Shown piece after piece: positions 12,239 through 23,810 of a DNA stretch of 64,000 nucleotides. The notes beneath the pieces are model-generated. The model searched no databases and was not told where the DNA came from. It saw only the letters and a program-made list of their open reading frames with translations. The translations under genes were made by a program, and so were the position numbers. The stretch comes from Mobula hypostoma. Lineage: Eukaryota. Every line of letters starts with the position of its first letter. Position 1 is the stretch's first letter. The stretch spans positions 40,488,001 through 40,552,000 of the forward strand of contig NC_086097.1 of NCBI RefSeq assembly GCF_963921235.1, in the 5' to 3' direction.

Positions 12239-12900
12239 ATACCTCTTCCTATAGATGCTTCCTGGCCTGCTGCATTCACCAGCAATTTTTATGTGTGTTG
12301 CTTGAAATTACAGCATCTGCAGATTTCCTCATGTAGACACCTCCTTCGTCCTGGAATGAAAAGCCTCATCCTGAGAGCAGATGCGGTGGAGACGGAGAAA
12401 TTGCAAAACTGTGGTTTTCAAAAATCAACTCATGACAGTCAAGCAGCTCAGACTTGGAAAGTAATCCGAAGTTTTCTGAGTATGTGATGAGCCTCAGTGT
12501 GATATTAAAGGTAAAGAGCTGATATTGTAAATAGGTTGGATGGAGTTCAAGAACACATTGGCAATCAGAATAGGATTATCACTATCCAAGTGGGTGCCGG
12601 AGCCTCAGGGTTCACCCCACCAGGTCCAGGAACAGTTATTACTACTCCACTATCAGGCCCTTGAACCAAAGAGGATAACTTCACTTGCCCCTTCACTAAA
12701 ATGTTCCCACAATCAATAGACTCACTTCGAAGACTCTTCATTTCATGTTCTCAATATTTGTTGCTTATTTATTTATTTATTATTATTATTATTATTTCTT
12801 TCTTTTCATAATCATATAGTTTGTTGTCTTTTGCACACTGGTTGAACACCAAATTCTTTCATTGATTCTGTTATGGTTATTATTCTATTATGGAATTATT

Positions 12901-13072
12901 GGTTCCTTAGGCTGTCATAGCCAGGGGTGGTAGTGGGGATAAGCTCCCGGTACATATAAAGTGCTCCAAATAGCGTGTGTCTCTAACAGCCTCTGAGAAC
13001 CGAGTCCAACTCTTGGCCTTCACACTATGGCTTAATTACTAGGCCTGACTGAACTGTTTCTACTAACGAGAG
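12901..13072 (+). ncRNA. Candidate HDV-like ribozyme (partly decayed)
   Basis: P1 GGTTC(12901)/GAACT(13051); P2 CTCTTG(13010)/CGAGAG(13067); P3 GCC(13016)/GAC(13047); J4/2 CTAA(13063). Confidence 0.45.
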
Positions 13073-13488
13073 AAGGGCAAAGGTGGACCACTGGCACCTC
13101 AAAACCAGTTGTTTTGGGCAGATGGGGTCCATCGGCCTTAGACGGCATCCCGTCTAGGAGAAGGAGAACTATGATTTTAAACTTTAGCTTCCTTGCAGCC
13201 ATACCCACCCATGAGAAAGGCTTCAGGAGAAAACCCTGAGGAAGAAATCTGGAGCCAGGGACTCTATGCTGTTTACTGTTTGATATTGTTTACAACTTCA
13301 ATCTGGCAACCTCTGCGACGAACCTGCTTGCCCTTCCCTTGGACTACCTCAGCGACGTGGAGAGGGGGATCCCGCTGCACGGGCAACAGCCGGTTCTTCA
13401 AATCTTCCCGCACAAGCTTTCACCCGGGAGAGGGCACAGTCCACCAGAGGCGCAACCCCATGATCCCCTGGCATCGACGGCTGCCTAC
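12901..13488 (+). mobile_element. RTE-derived non-autonomous element (SINE-like) with long TSD
   Basis: Flanks CTATTATGGAATTATT (12885-12900) / CTACTATGGATTTATT (13485-13500); internal GTCTAGGAGAAGGAGAACT resembles RTE 5'UTR motif. Confidence 0.7.
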
Positions 13489-13841
13489 TATGGATTTATT
13501 GAGCGTGCCCGCAGGAAAATGAATCTCAGGGTTGTATATGGTGACATACATGTACTTTGATAATACATTTACTTGAAACTTCGAACTTCAAATTTCTATT
13601 TGGCTTTCTCAATATAAAATAGATGCAATCACTACTTGGAATGAGGAAGTTTCAGGTAGCGACAATGTAAATGTTCTGGAAAGGAATGTCAATGTTGGCA
13701 TGAGAAGCTCAGTTGTAAGCAGGGGAATACAAGAGTGGTTCAGTTTTGTGCAATGCCTAGAATGGCATTTACATAGATTTTGAAATATCTGTGAAAAGCA
13801 CCTACTGTCATTTATTATAATATGAGAATATTAACAATCTA

Positions 13842-14516
13842 GATTTTAGATTAGATTACAAGGACACTCAGTCCTCGTTTATTGTCATTTAGAAATGCAT
13901 GCATTAAAAGATGATACAATGTTCCCCCAGAAAGATATCACAGAAACACAGGACAAACCAAGACTAAAACTGACAAAACCACATAGTTATAACATATAGT
14001 TACAACAGTGCAAAGCAATACTGTAATTTGATAAAGAGCAGACCATGGGCACGGTAAAGAAAAAAAGTCTCAAGTCCCGATAGCCCCATCATCTCACGCA
14101 GGCGGTAGAAGGGTGAAACTCTCCCTGCAATGAACTCCAAGCGCTGCAAACTTGCCGATGCATTGGAAGCACCCGACTGCAGCCGACTCTGAGGCCGTCC
14201 GAAAACTTCGAGCCTCCGACACCGAGCACCATCTCTGCCGAGCGCTTCAACCCCACCCCGGCCGCTGAGCAACAAACAAAGCCGAGGTCTCGGGGCCTTC
14301 CCCTCCGGAGATTCTGGATCACACAGTAGCAGTGGCAGCGAAGCAGGCATTTCAGGAGTTTCACAGATGTTCCTCTGTGCCCTCACGTCTGTCTCCATCA
14401 AATCAGGATTGTGCACGGCACCCTACTTGACAGATAACAGATATCATTCACCGGAGTGGCCGCTGCGAACTGCATCGCGTCACCATCTTCTCCTCCCGCC
14501 TGCCATCTTCTCCTCT
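13842..14516 (-). mobile_element. Non-autonomous non-LTR element, same family as 1825-2458
   Basis: Shared 5' AGGAGAAGATGG (duplicated here), body and TCTAA tail. Confidence 0.75.
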
Positions 14517-14554
14517 AATCAAGCATTCATCTAATAATAGCGAATTACAAAATA

Positions 14555-14835
14555 GTCACAGAGGCACAGGGTCATAATGCAAGGAAACAGGCCCATTTGG
14601 ACCGGTTTGTCCATGCTGAGCAAGATACCCACCTAAACCAATCCCATTTACCCACATTTGATCCATATCCCTCCAAACCTTTCCGATCCACGTACCTGTT
14701 CAATTGTCTTTTAAAAGTTGTTATTGTACCTGCCTCAAAATCTTCCTCTGGTAGCTCATTCCATATATATACCACTCTCAGAGTGAAAAAAATTGCCCCT
14801 CAAGTTTCTATCTAATTTTTCTCCTTAAACTTATG
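14555..14835 (-). mobile_element. CR1 3' end
   Basis: ORF 14572..14775 IWNELPEE..AGTITTFKRQLNRY. Confidence 0.8.
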
Positions 14836-15361
14836 AAACATTGAGTTTGATAGTAAAGTTGAAATAGATAACACATTATAAATGTATTGTAATCCAGTGA
14901 TGAGAGAAAGCACTTTGATTGAAGACATTCTCACTATAGTGTGTAACATATCTGACAGAAATTACTAAATCAAGTTTTTCAACTGCACTGTGATATTCAT
15001 ATGGCATCGCTGAATAACAGAAAATTAAATTCAATCAGATATTAGGAACCAAAGGCAACAATCAAGATGTGAACTAAAATAATTAAATTAACAATTAAAA
15101 TTATTTTCCCCATGATATATATTTATACGGATCAACAATAATGCTAATGAAATAATTGCATAGCAGCAATCCAGTAATCATCGCTTGCTGTTCAATTGTT
15201 TCAACTACCATAGATCGTAATTGTGCTCCTGAGAAAGTAAGAAATATAATCAAAATCAGATATTTCTGTTATGAATTAGAATATTAATTAGCAGTTTTGG
15301 AAGACAAATACAGACAGAAGTTTCTTTAAGAAGTAGAACAGAACTAAAACTTAAATTTGAC

Positions 15362-15476
15362 CTTGTTGGAGATGCTGAATGTAAAATATATTGGGTTAGA
15401 GTGGCAACCAAATGAAAACTTGTATTAATAATGTCATTTTGTGCATTGATTTCCCTGAGGAAATCTTGCCTTATAT
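15362..15476 (-). CDS. Candidate internal exon (115 nt)
   Basis: caattcatcag/ ... AAG/gtcaaa (weak donor); IRQDFLREINAQNDIINTSFHLVATLTQYILHSASPT; phase-1 start matches exon 16717-16821. Confidence 0.3.
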
Positions 15477-16089
15477 CTGATGAATTGAATATCAAAGTTA
15501 TTTTAGATAAATAGAACTTTCAGCCAAAGATGCCAAACAGAATGCAATGAAGTCTAACATTAAGCTATTTGTATCTTTGGCATGTGCTTTATCTTACTAT
15601 TTGCATACATCTTGTTTTTACACCAATATGGTCAAACTGCAAATCCAAGTTATTAATGTTTCAATAGAAGAACACATTTACAATATGCCCTTTAATTCTT
15701 AAAATATTTCATCATATAGTGATGCTGTTTGTGAATTTTCTGTATGTGAATTGCCTGTATATGAAGTTTAACTTTTAACTATTTCATTTCTTTTAAAAGA
15801 CTGTAGGACCATGACTGTCAGCATATCCTTAATCGTATTGCATTAGCAGAATGTGAAGTACCTTTTTGCACCAATCTAGGCAATGAAGTATGCGACAAGG
15901 AGGAAATTGTAGGGACAGGAACCAATCGGATCATTACATTATGTGAAATCATATGGTACCATACTGAAGTGGACCATCTGGGTTGATTTTAACCCTCAGC
16001 CAAACTAGCACCTGGGTTACCTGAATCAACACTAACTCTTAGTTTATAACACATTCGAGTGAACAGCTGGGCCTTCTGGCTTTATTCTT

Positions 16090-16352
16090 GTTCATCCATC
16101 GTCGTCATTGATGAAGACCTCGACACCGTTATGATGATGATGGTGTTGAGACTAGCGCATGATTTGGATTGAAGTGAGGGAGAGTTGTGCAGCGTCAGCC
16201 TCGCTCTCTCTTCCCAATTCCCACCTGGATCCAGTGGCAAGACAAGAGTCGAGACAACTGGAGATGGGTCTAGGCGCAGTGGATGACCAGGACTTCTGTG
16301 TCTAGTCGTGCTCTACACGTTCCACAACGCTTGCAGAGACCACTTTCTTGAC
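16090..16352 (-). mobile_element. RTE/BovB-related short element (Sauria-SINE/Mar1-like body)
   Basis: GCCACTGGATCCAG...GAGGCTGACGCTGCACAACTCTCCCTCACTTCAATCCAA; flanks CTTTATTCTT (16080) / CTTTGTTCTT (16353). Confidence 0.65.
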
Positions 16353-16716
16353 CTTTGTTCTTACTACAAGGTGGAATGGCAGCTAACCTGTCTGTGAACA
16401 ACAGTGGGGAATGGTTTGGTTGACTTTAAGCTTCATCTTCATTGACAACCAAAGTTGTCTGGAAGTTAACTGGAAGCAGTTATAAACAACCAGTTTTTTC
16501 TTCCCAGCCTCAAATGCACAAATTTTGAAAACATTTCTTTTCCTGGGTTGAAAAATAATATATTTTAACTACACATGTATGTAAATTCCAAATCTGCCAA
16601 CAGTTCACTGTATAATGATGATGAATGTCCATTATTTCAGCATTATCACTATAATGAACTCTCAGACAATTTAGTAATATATTGGAAAGAGTATTTAGTT
16701 CAATGGAGATACTTAC

Positions 16717-16821
16717 GGTTCTGAAGTTTCCTGCAAAGAAATTCCTCAAAATATTCTGCTTGCACTACTTTGTTAGCTATTTGGTAAAGCAGGGATTTCC
16801 TCAAGCAGCAGAGATAGAGGC
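16717..16821 (-). CDS. Candidate internal exon of unidentified host gene (105 nt, phase 1-1)
   Basis: Strong acceptor ttgttcttttgttttag/ and donor ACC/gtaagt; single open frame LYLCCLRKSLLYQIANKVVQAEYFEEFLCRKLQN. Confidence 0.5.
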
Positions 16822-17104
16822 CTAAAACAAAAGAACAATCCAGCAGAAGGTTGCAATTTTAAATTATTAGCCGAGGTGGCACCAAGCTGCAGTCTCAATC
16901 AAGATGGTGGCACAGGCTTAGTTCCTTTCTAAGTAAGTAGGGTTGTTCTGGGGATGATAAAGTGGGGTCAGGTTAGGGTATAGGGACAGGGATGTGGGAG
17001 GTGGAGTAGAGGTCTGATTAGGATTTAGGAATAGGGATGTGGAGGAGTTAAAGGGCAGGCCTTTGCTCTGTGCTCCACATTCAAAGTCCAGTGATATGGA
17101 CGGG

Positions 17105-18215
17105 ATGCTATTGTTTTGACAAGACGCTGCACAGGAAATTGCTTTACAAGATCAGAGCACATGGTATTATGGGAAAAATACGTGCATTGATAGAAGATTG
17201 GCTGACAGGCAGGAAACAAAGGGTGGGAATAAAGTGGGGCTGTTCTGCAGGAGTCAGTCTTGGGGACACTCCTTTTTACAGTATATGTTAATGTTTGGAC
17301 AACAGAATTTATGGCTTTGTGGCCAAGTTTGTGGATGATACAAAAATAGGTGGAGGGGTAGGTAGTGTTGAGGAAGCAGGGAGTCTGCAGAAGAACTTAG
17401 ACATCTTGGGAGAATGGGTAAAGAAATGGCAGATGGAATATGGTACAGGAAAGTGTATGGTAATGCAGTTCGACAGAAAGGATAAAGGCAAAGGCTAAAT
17501 TCTAAATGAGGAGAAAATTTTAAAAGTCAGAGGTGCAAAGGGACCTGGGAGTCCTCACGTAGGATTCCTTAATGGTTAACTTGCAGCTTGAGTCGATGGT
17601 AGGAAGGCAAATGTAATGTTAGCATTCATTTTGAGAGGAATAGAATACATCAAGGATGTGATGGTGACGCTTTATAAAGCATTGGTCAGAGCGCACTTGG
17701 AGTATTGTGAGCAGTTTTGGACCCCTTATTTAAGAAAAGCTGTGTGGCATTGTACGGGGTCCAAAGGAAGTTCATGAGAATGATTTTGGGAATGAAAGTG
17801 TTAGCATATGAGGAGCATTTGTGGCTCTGGGCCTACACTTGCAGGAGTTTAGAAGAATTGGGAGGGGGGATCTATTGAATAGTGAAAGGCCTAGATAGAG
17901 TGGATTTGGAGAGGATGTTGCCTATAGTCTAGGGCCTCATCAGAGAGGGATATCCATTTAGCACAGAAATTTGGAGAAATTCCTTTAGCCAGGGGTTGGT
18001 GGATCTGTGGAACTCATTGCCGCGGACAACAGTTGAGGCCAAGTTATTGAGTGTCTTTAAAGCAGAGGTTGATAGGTTTTTGATTAGTCAGGGCATTAAA
18101 GAATATGGGAGAAGGCAGGAGAATGGGGTTGAGAAGGATAATGAATCAGCCATGATGGAATGGCAGAGCACTCTTTATGGGTCAAATGGCCCAATTCTGC
18201 TCCGATATCTTATGG
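17105..18215 (+). mobile_element. CR1 LINE, 5'-truncated, decayed RT
   Basis: FDKTLHRKLL, KFVDDTKIGG, VDLWNSLP motifs. Confidence 0.9.
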
Positions 18216-18708
18216 TTTTGTTACTATTGTGGTCTGTGTTGTTCTGTCGAGCATTGTGGGCATGCTACATTGGGGCTAGAGTGAGTGGTGACACTGGGGA
18301 CTGCTGCCAGCACATCCTTAGGTGTGTCAGTTGTTAACAGAAATGACGTACTTCACTGTCTGTTTTTACGTACGGAGTCAAGGAAAAGTACAGCACAAAA
18401 ACAGGCTCTTCGACCCGTCAAGTCTGTGCTAAGTAAATCTGAATCTGAAACTACATGTTAAAAATACTGGAAATAGCCAACATATCACTTGGTGTCCATG
18501 GATACGGAGATTGTTTTCTCTGCTGAAAATTAATAAGCTTTAACTTCCTGATTCTGTTGAAAGGGTTAGCTATTTATCATTTGACCTCACATTATAAACT
18601 CTGTTTGGCAGCTATTGCTTTAAATTCTGATGTGGATAAGGGTGTTCTAATTCCACAGCCCTGCCTGTCAAAGCAAAGAAACCACAGATTCATTTAATTG
18701 AATGATTA

Positions 18709-18893
18709 TACACTCAGTGTCCACTATCAGGTACATCTGTACACCTCATTAATGCAAATATCTAATCAGTCAATCATGTGGCAGTACTCAATGCATAAAA
18801 GCATGCAGACATGGTCCAGGGCTTCATTTCTTATTCAAACCAGACATCAGAATTTGGGAAAGATGTGGTCTAAGTGACTTTGACCATGGAATG
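18709..18893 (+). mobile_element. Tc1-like DNA transposon, left end
   Basis: TA-CACTCAGTG terminus; LSDFDHGM start of Tc1 transposase, continues at 22326. Confidence 0.75.
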
Positions 18894-21800
18894 CACACAA
18901 AATGCTGGAAAAACTCAACAGGACAAGCAGTATCTATGAGAAAAGAGTACAGTTGATGTTTTGGGCCCTGACCCTTCAGCAGGACTGGCAAAAAAAAGAT
19001 GAGAAGAGTTAAAAGATGGGGGGAAGGGAGGGGAGGGAGAAACACAAGGTGATAGATGAAACAGGGAGGGGGAGGGTTGAAGTAAAAAGCTGGGAAGTTG
19101 ATTGGTGGAAGCGATACAGGGCTGGAGAAGGGGGAATCTGATGGGAGAGGCCATGGAAGAAAGAAACAGGGGGAGGAGCACCAGAGGGAGGCAATGGACA
19201 GGCAAGAAGATAAGGTGAGAGGAAAAAGGGAATGGTGAAAGGTGGTGGGGGGGGAGGAGTACGAGGAATCGAGGTTCATGCTATCAGGTTGGAGGTTATC
19301 CAAATGGAATATAAGTTATTGTTCTTCCACCCTGTGTGTGGCATCATCACGACAGTAGAGGAGGTCATGGATAGACATATCAAAATGGGAAGTGGAAATA
19401 AAATGGTGGCCACTGGGAGATCGCTTCATCTGGCAGATGGAGTGCAGGTGCTCGGCGAAGTGGTCTCCCAACCTACATCAGGATTCACTGATATACAAGA
19501 GGCCACACTGGGAGCACCAGACACAATATATGACCCCTACAGACTCACAGGTGAAGTGTCACCTCACCTGGAAGGACTATTTGAGGCCCTGAATGGTAGT
19601 GAGGAAGGAGATGTATGGGCAGGTGTAGGATAAGTTCCAAGAGGAAGATCAGTGAGGAGGGACGAATGGACAAAGGAGCTGTGTGGGGGAGTGATCACTA
19701 TGGAAAGCAGAAAATGGTGGGGGGAGGGAAAAATGTGCTTGGTAGTGGGATCATGTTGGTGATGGGGGAAGTTGCAGAAATTATGTGCTGGACACGGAGG
19801 TTGGTAGGGTGGTAGGTGAGGACAAGAGGAACCCTACTCCTAGTAGGGTGGCGAGAGGATGGGGTGAGAGCAGACATGCGTGAGATGAAAGAGATGGGGT
19901 TGAGGGCAGGGTTGATAGTGGAGGAAGGGAAGCCCCTTTCTTTGATGAAGGAGGACATCTCCTTCATTCTGGGATGAAAAGCCTCCTTCTGAGAGCAGAT
20001 GCAGTGGAGGCAGAGGAATTGAGGAAGGGGATGGCGTTTTTACAAGTAATAGGGTGGGAGAAAGTATAGTCCAGGTAGCTGTAAGAGCCATAGGTTTATA
20101 ATAAACCTAGTAGGTAAGTACTTTACTTCAGTATTCACTATGGAAAAGGATCTTGGTGATTGTAGTGATGACTTGCAGAAGACTAAAAAGCTTGATCATG
20201 TAGATATTAAGAAAAAGAATGTGCTGGAGTTTTTGGAAAGCATCAAGTTGGATAAGTTGCTGGGACCGGATGAGGTGTACCCCAGGCTACTGTGAGAGGT
20301 GAGGGAGGAGATTGCTGAGCCTCTGGTGACTATCTTTGCATCATCAATGGGGACGGGAGAGGTTCCAGAGGATTGGAGGGTTGTGGATGTTGTTCCTTTA
20401 TTCAAGAAAGGGAGTAGAGATATCCCTAGGGAATTATAGACCAGTGAGTCTTACTTCAGTGGTTGGTAAGTTGATGGAGAAGATCCTGAGAGGCAGGATT
20501 TATGAACATTTGGAGAGGTACAACATGATAAGAAATAGTCAGCATGGCTTTGTCAAGGGCAGGCTGTGCCTTACGAGGCTGATTGAATTTTTTCGAGGAT
20601 GTGACTGAACATGCTGATGAAGGTAGAGCAGTAGATGCAGTGTATATGGATTTCATTAAGGCATTTGATAAGGTACCCCATGCAAGGCTTATTGAGAAAG
20701 TAAGGAGGCATGGGATCCAAGGGGACACTGCTTTGTGGATTCAGAACTGGCTCGCCCACAGAATGGAAAGAGTGGTTGTAGATGAGTCACTTTCTGCATG
20801 GAAGTCGGTGACCAGTGGTGTGCCTCAGGGATCTGTTCTGGGACCCATACTCTTCATAATTTTGAGAAATGACCTGGCTGAGGAAGTGGAGGGATGAGTT
20901 AGTAAGTTTGCTGATGACACAAAGGTTGGAAGTGTTGTGGATAGTGTGGAGGGCTGTCAGAGGTTACAGTGGGACATTAATAGGATGCAAAACTGGGCTG
21001 AGAAGTGGCAGATGGAGTTCAACCCAGATAAGTGTGAAGTGGTTCATTTTGGTAGGTCAAATATGATGGCAGAATATAGTATTAATGGCAAGACTTTTGG
21101 AGGATCAGAGGGATCCTGGGGTCCAAGTCCATAGGACGCTCAAAGCAGCTGCGCAGGTTGACTCTGGGGTTAAGAAGGCATATGGTGCATTGGCTTTCAT
21201 CAATCGTGGAATTGAATTTAGGAGGCAAGATGTAATGTTGAAGCTCTATAGGACCCTGGTCAGACCCCACTTGGAGTACTATGCTCAGTTCTGGTTGTCT
21301 CACTACAGGAAGGATGTGGAAGCCATAGAAAAGGTGCAGAAGAGATTTACAAGGATGTTGCCTGGATTGGGGAGCATGCCTTATAAAAGCAGGTTGAATG
21401 AACTCGGCATTTTCTCCTGGGAGCGACGGAGGATAAGAGGTGACTTGGTAGAGGTATATAAGATGATGAGAGGCATTGATCGTGTGGATAGTCAGAGGCT
21501 TTTTCCCAGGGCTGAAATGGTTGCCACAAGAGGACACAGGTTTAAGGTGCTGGGGAGTAGGTACAGAGGAGATGTCAGGGGTAAGTTTTTCTCTCAGGGT
21601 GGTGAGTGCATGGAATGGGCTGCCGGCAACGGTGGTGGGGGCCGAAACAATAGGGTCTTTTAAGATACTTCTGGATAGGTACATGGAGCTTAGGAAAATA
21701 GAGGGCTATGGGTAAGCTAGTAATTTCTAGGGTAGGGGCATGTTCGGCACAACTTTGTGGGCCGAGGAGCCTGTACTGTGCTGTAGATTTTCTATGTTTC

Positions 21801-22325
21801 TGTGTTTTCTATGTAAGCTGTCTCCAAAGATAGAGACAGAGGGATCAAGAAAGGGGAGGGATGTGTTGGAAATGGACGTGGCAAATATGAAGGCAGGGTG
21901 GTAGTTGGAGGTAAAGTGGATGAAATCAACAAGTTCTGAATGGCTGCAGGAAGCAACACCAATGCAGTCATCAGTGTAGCATAGGAAAAGCGCAGGGTGG
22001 CCACCAATGCAGGCTTGGAACATAGTCTGTTCCTCATCACTGACAAACAGGCAGGCATAGCTCGGACTCGTGCGAGTGCCCATGGCTACACCTTTTGTTT
22101 TAAGAAAGTGGAAGGAGCCAAAGGAGAAATTATTAAGAGTAGACAAGTTCCACTCAATGGAGGAGAGTTGTGGTGGAGGGGAACTAGTTGGGTCTGGAGT
22201 CCAGAGAATGATGGTGAGTTTTGAGGCCTCCCTGGTGGTGGTTGGAGGTGTATCGGGACTGGACATCGATAGGAAAAATAAGGTAATGGGGGCCAGTGAA
22301 CTTGAAATCATTGAGAAGATCCAGA
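18894..22325 (-). mobile_element. Penelope-like element (RT + GIY-YIG), interrupted by CR1
   Basis: ORF 21727..22311 TLNNFSF..KGVAMGT..PSYACLFV..YTDD; TSD GACCATGGAATG at 18882-18893 and 22326-22337. Confidence 0.9.
20119..21812 (+). mobile_element. CR1 LINE, 5'-truncated
   Basis: NYRPVSLTS, YMDFIKAFDKVPH, GVPQGSVLGP, FADD; TTCTATGT-type tail. Confidence 0.95.
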
Positions 22326-22555
22326 GACCATGGAATGATTGTTGGTGCCAGACAAGATGGTTTGAGTATTTCAGGAACTGCAGATCTCCTGGGATGATGT
22401 GGAAAACAGGAGAAAACTCCAGTGAGTGGTAGTTCCATGGGGGAGAATGCTTTGTTACTGAGATAAGTCAGAGGAGAGTGGGCAGACTGGTTCAAGCTGA
22501 TAGGAAGGTGACATTAACTCAAGTAACCATGCATTACAACAACAATGTGTAGAAA
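22326..22555 (+). mobile_element. Tc1-like transposase fragment (continuation)
   Basis: HGMIVGARQDGLSISGTADLLG paired-like HTH; RLVQADRKVT. Confidence 0.75.
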
Positions 22556-22949
22556 AGGGGGTTACTATGCTTTGATAACAGTTTCCATTTTCTTTGAAGT
22601 AATTAAGAGTCATTTTCATGACATGAAAGGCATTGTATAAACATAGATTATTTCCATCATAATTAATCCACTGTTTGAAGATTGGATAAAGATACGTGCC
22701 ATGCTTAGAGATTGTCAAAGTGCTTGTATTTTAATTCAGAGAAGCAGACTTGACAATGTCATCAACTATCCCTACAAAGAAAAGTTAAAAATATATTTTA
22801 ATTTCAGCACTCATTAGCAACAGAGTTTCAAAGCCACAAAATGTATAATCTTCTGCAAATTACATGATTCCAAACTGCAGCAAGTCACCTTGGATTAATG
22901 AAATAATAATTTGTGCTTTTTTTCTCTCAAAGTCAGTTACTGTTGTCAC

Positions 22950-23810
22950 ATTGATATTTTGGATGCAGAAACACCAGAGAAATATAATAATAAGGCAAGA
23001 GGCAGAGCTACAGCCCAGCTCCACTAGAATGATCACAGAAAGTATCAGGGTCAGAACTAGCTGTACCTGCATTGCCTGCACTCCCTTGGGCAAATTAATG
23101 TTTTTTAGAAGAATCAAGTTTGGTGCTGAAGGTGGGATAGAGAGGTTGAGATATGGTGTTGTAGAAGGAAAAGTTTCTGTAAGGGTGAAGTTTACATAGG
23201 CTTTAATGTCATGTGCAGGAACAGCAACTGCTTCAGAGTAAAGAGTGATAGGAACAGGGAATTTTGGATGAGAAGGTTTTTAAGATTGTAGGATATCATC
23301 CAAGGCCATGGAAAAGCGTTTTTAACATTTGAGGCACTGGGGATGGGAAAGAAGGATGGACAAGTCTTTATACAGGATGAGATTTGGGTGGCATATCTGG
23401 TCTGCTGAAGTTTAGAGAGGAGTAAGGATGACTGTTGGCCACATAACGATGGAAAGCCTTGATGAAAAACAAGAACAAGGCGTTCAGCTGTTGAAGGTCA
23501 GAGAAGGGACAAGGGGATCGGGGCAGGGTGGTGGTGGTAATAGCACTAAAGTGGAAGTAGTCCATATTTTTGATAGAGATAATAATATTACATTGGGTCG
23601 GAAATTGAGCTGTTAGTTGAATACATTGTTGACGTTGTCAGCAATCTGGATCAGTGGGAGCCTTGCCGAGCTTGGAGATGCGGAAGGAGCCAGAGTCTGT
23701 TGTGGCAGCTGAACTCTTCCTGATGTGGCCTCTCTGAAATCAGCTGTCAGACAAATGGTCTGAGAAGGGGGACCACTACCCAAGCGTCCGAATGTAGTTT
23801 TATCATTTGG
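22950..23810 (-). mobile_element. Old LINE remnant (possibly L2)
   Basis: Purine-rich degenerate sequence; no clean motif. Confidence 0.3.

Larger units (their letters stand above)
10491..12403. mobile_element. Composite Penelope insertion: minus copy (10491-~11470, resuming ~12335-12403) enclosing plus copy (~11470-12334)
   Basis: GIY-YIG ORF 11589..11915 (VIYCVRCSRCSLLYIGET); 9-bp direct repeat CAAAACTGT at 10482-10490 and 12404-12412. Confidence 0.85.
12595..13590 (+). mobile_element. Rex1/Babar-type 3' tail split by an insertion at 12901
   Basis: Collinear with 92-452 once 12901-13500 is removed. Confidence 0.7.

Noticed and set aside
16960..17045. G-rich tract with one TTAGGG
   Set aside because: Single hexamer, not an interstitial telomeric array
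21082..21684. 200-aa minus-strand ORF (and similar at 49910, 46833, 45427)
   Set aside because: Antisense shadows of CR1/Rex1 RT
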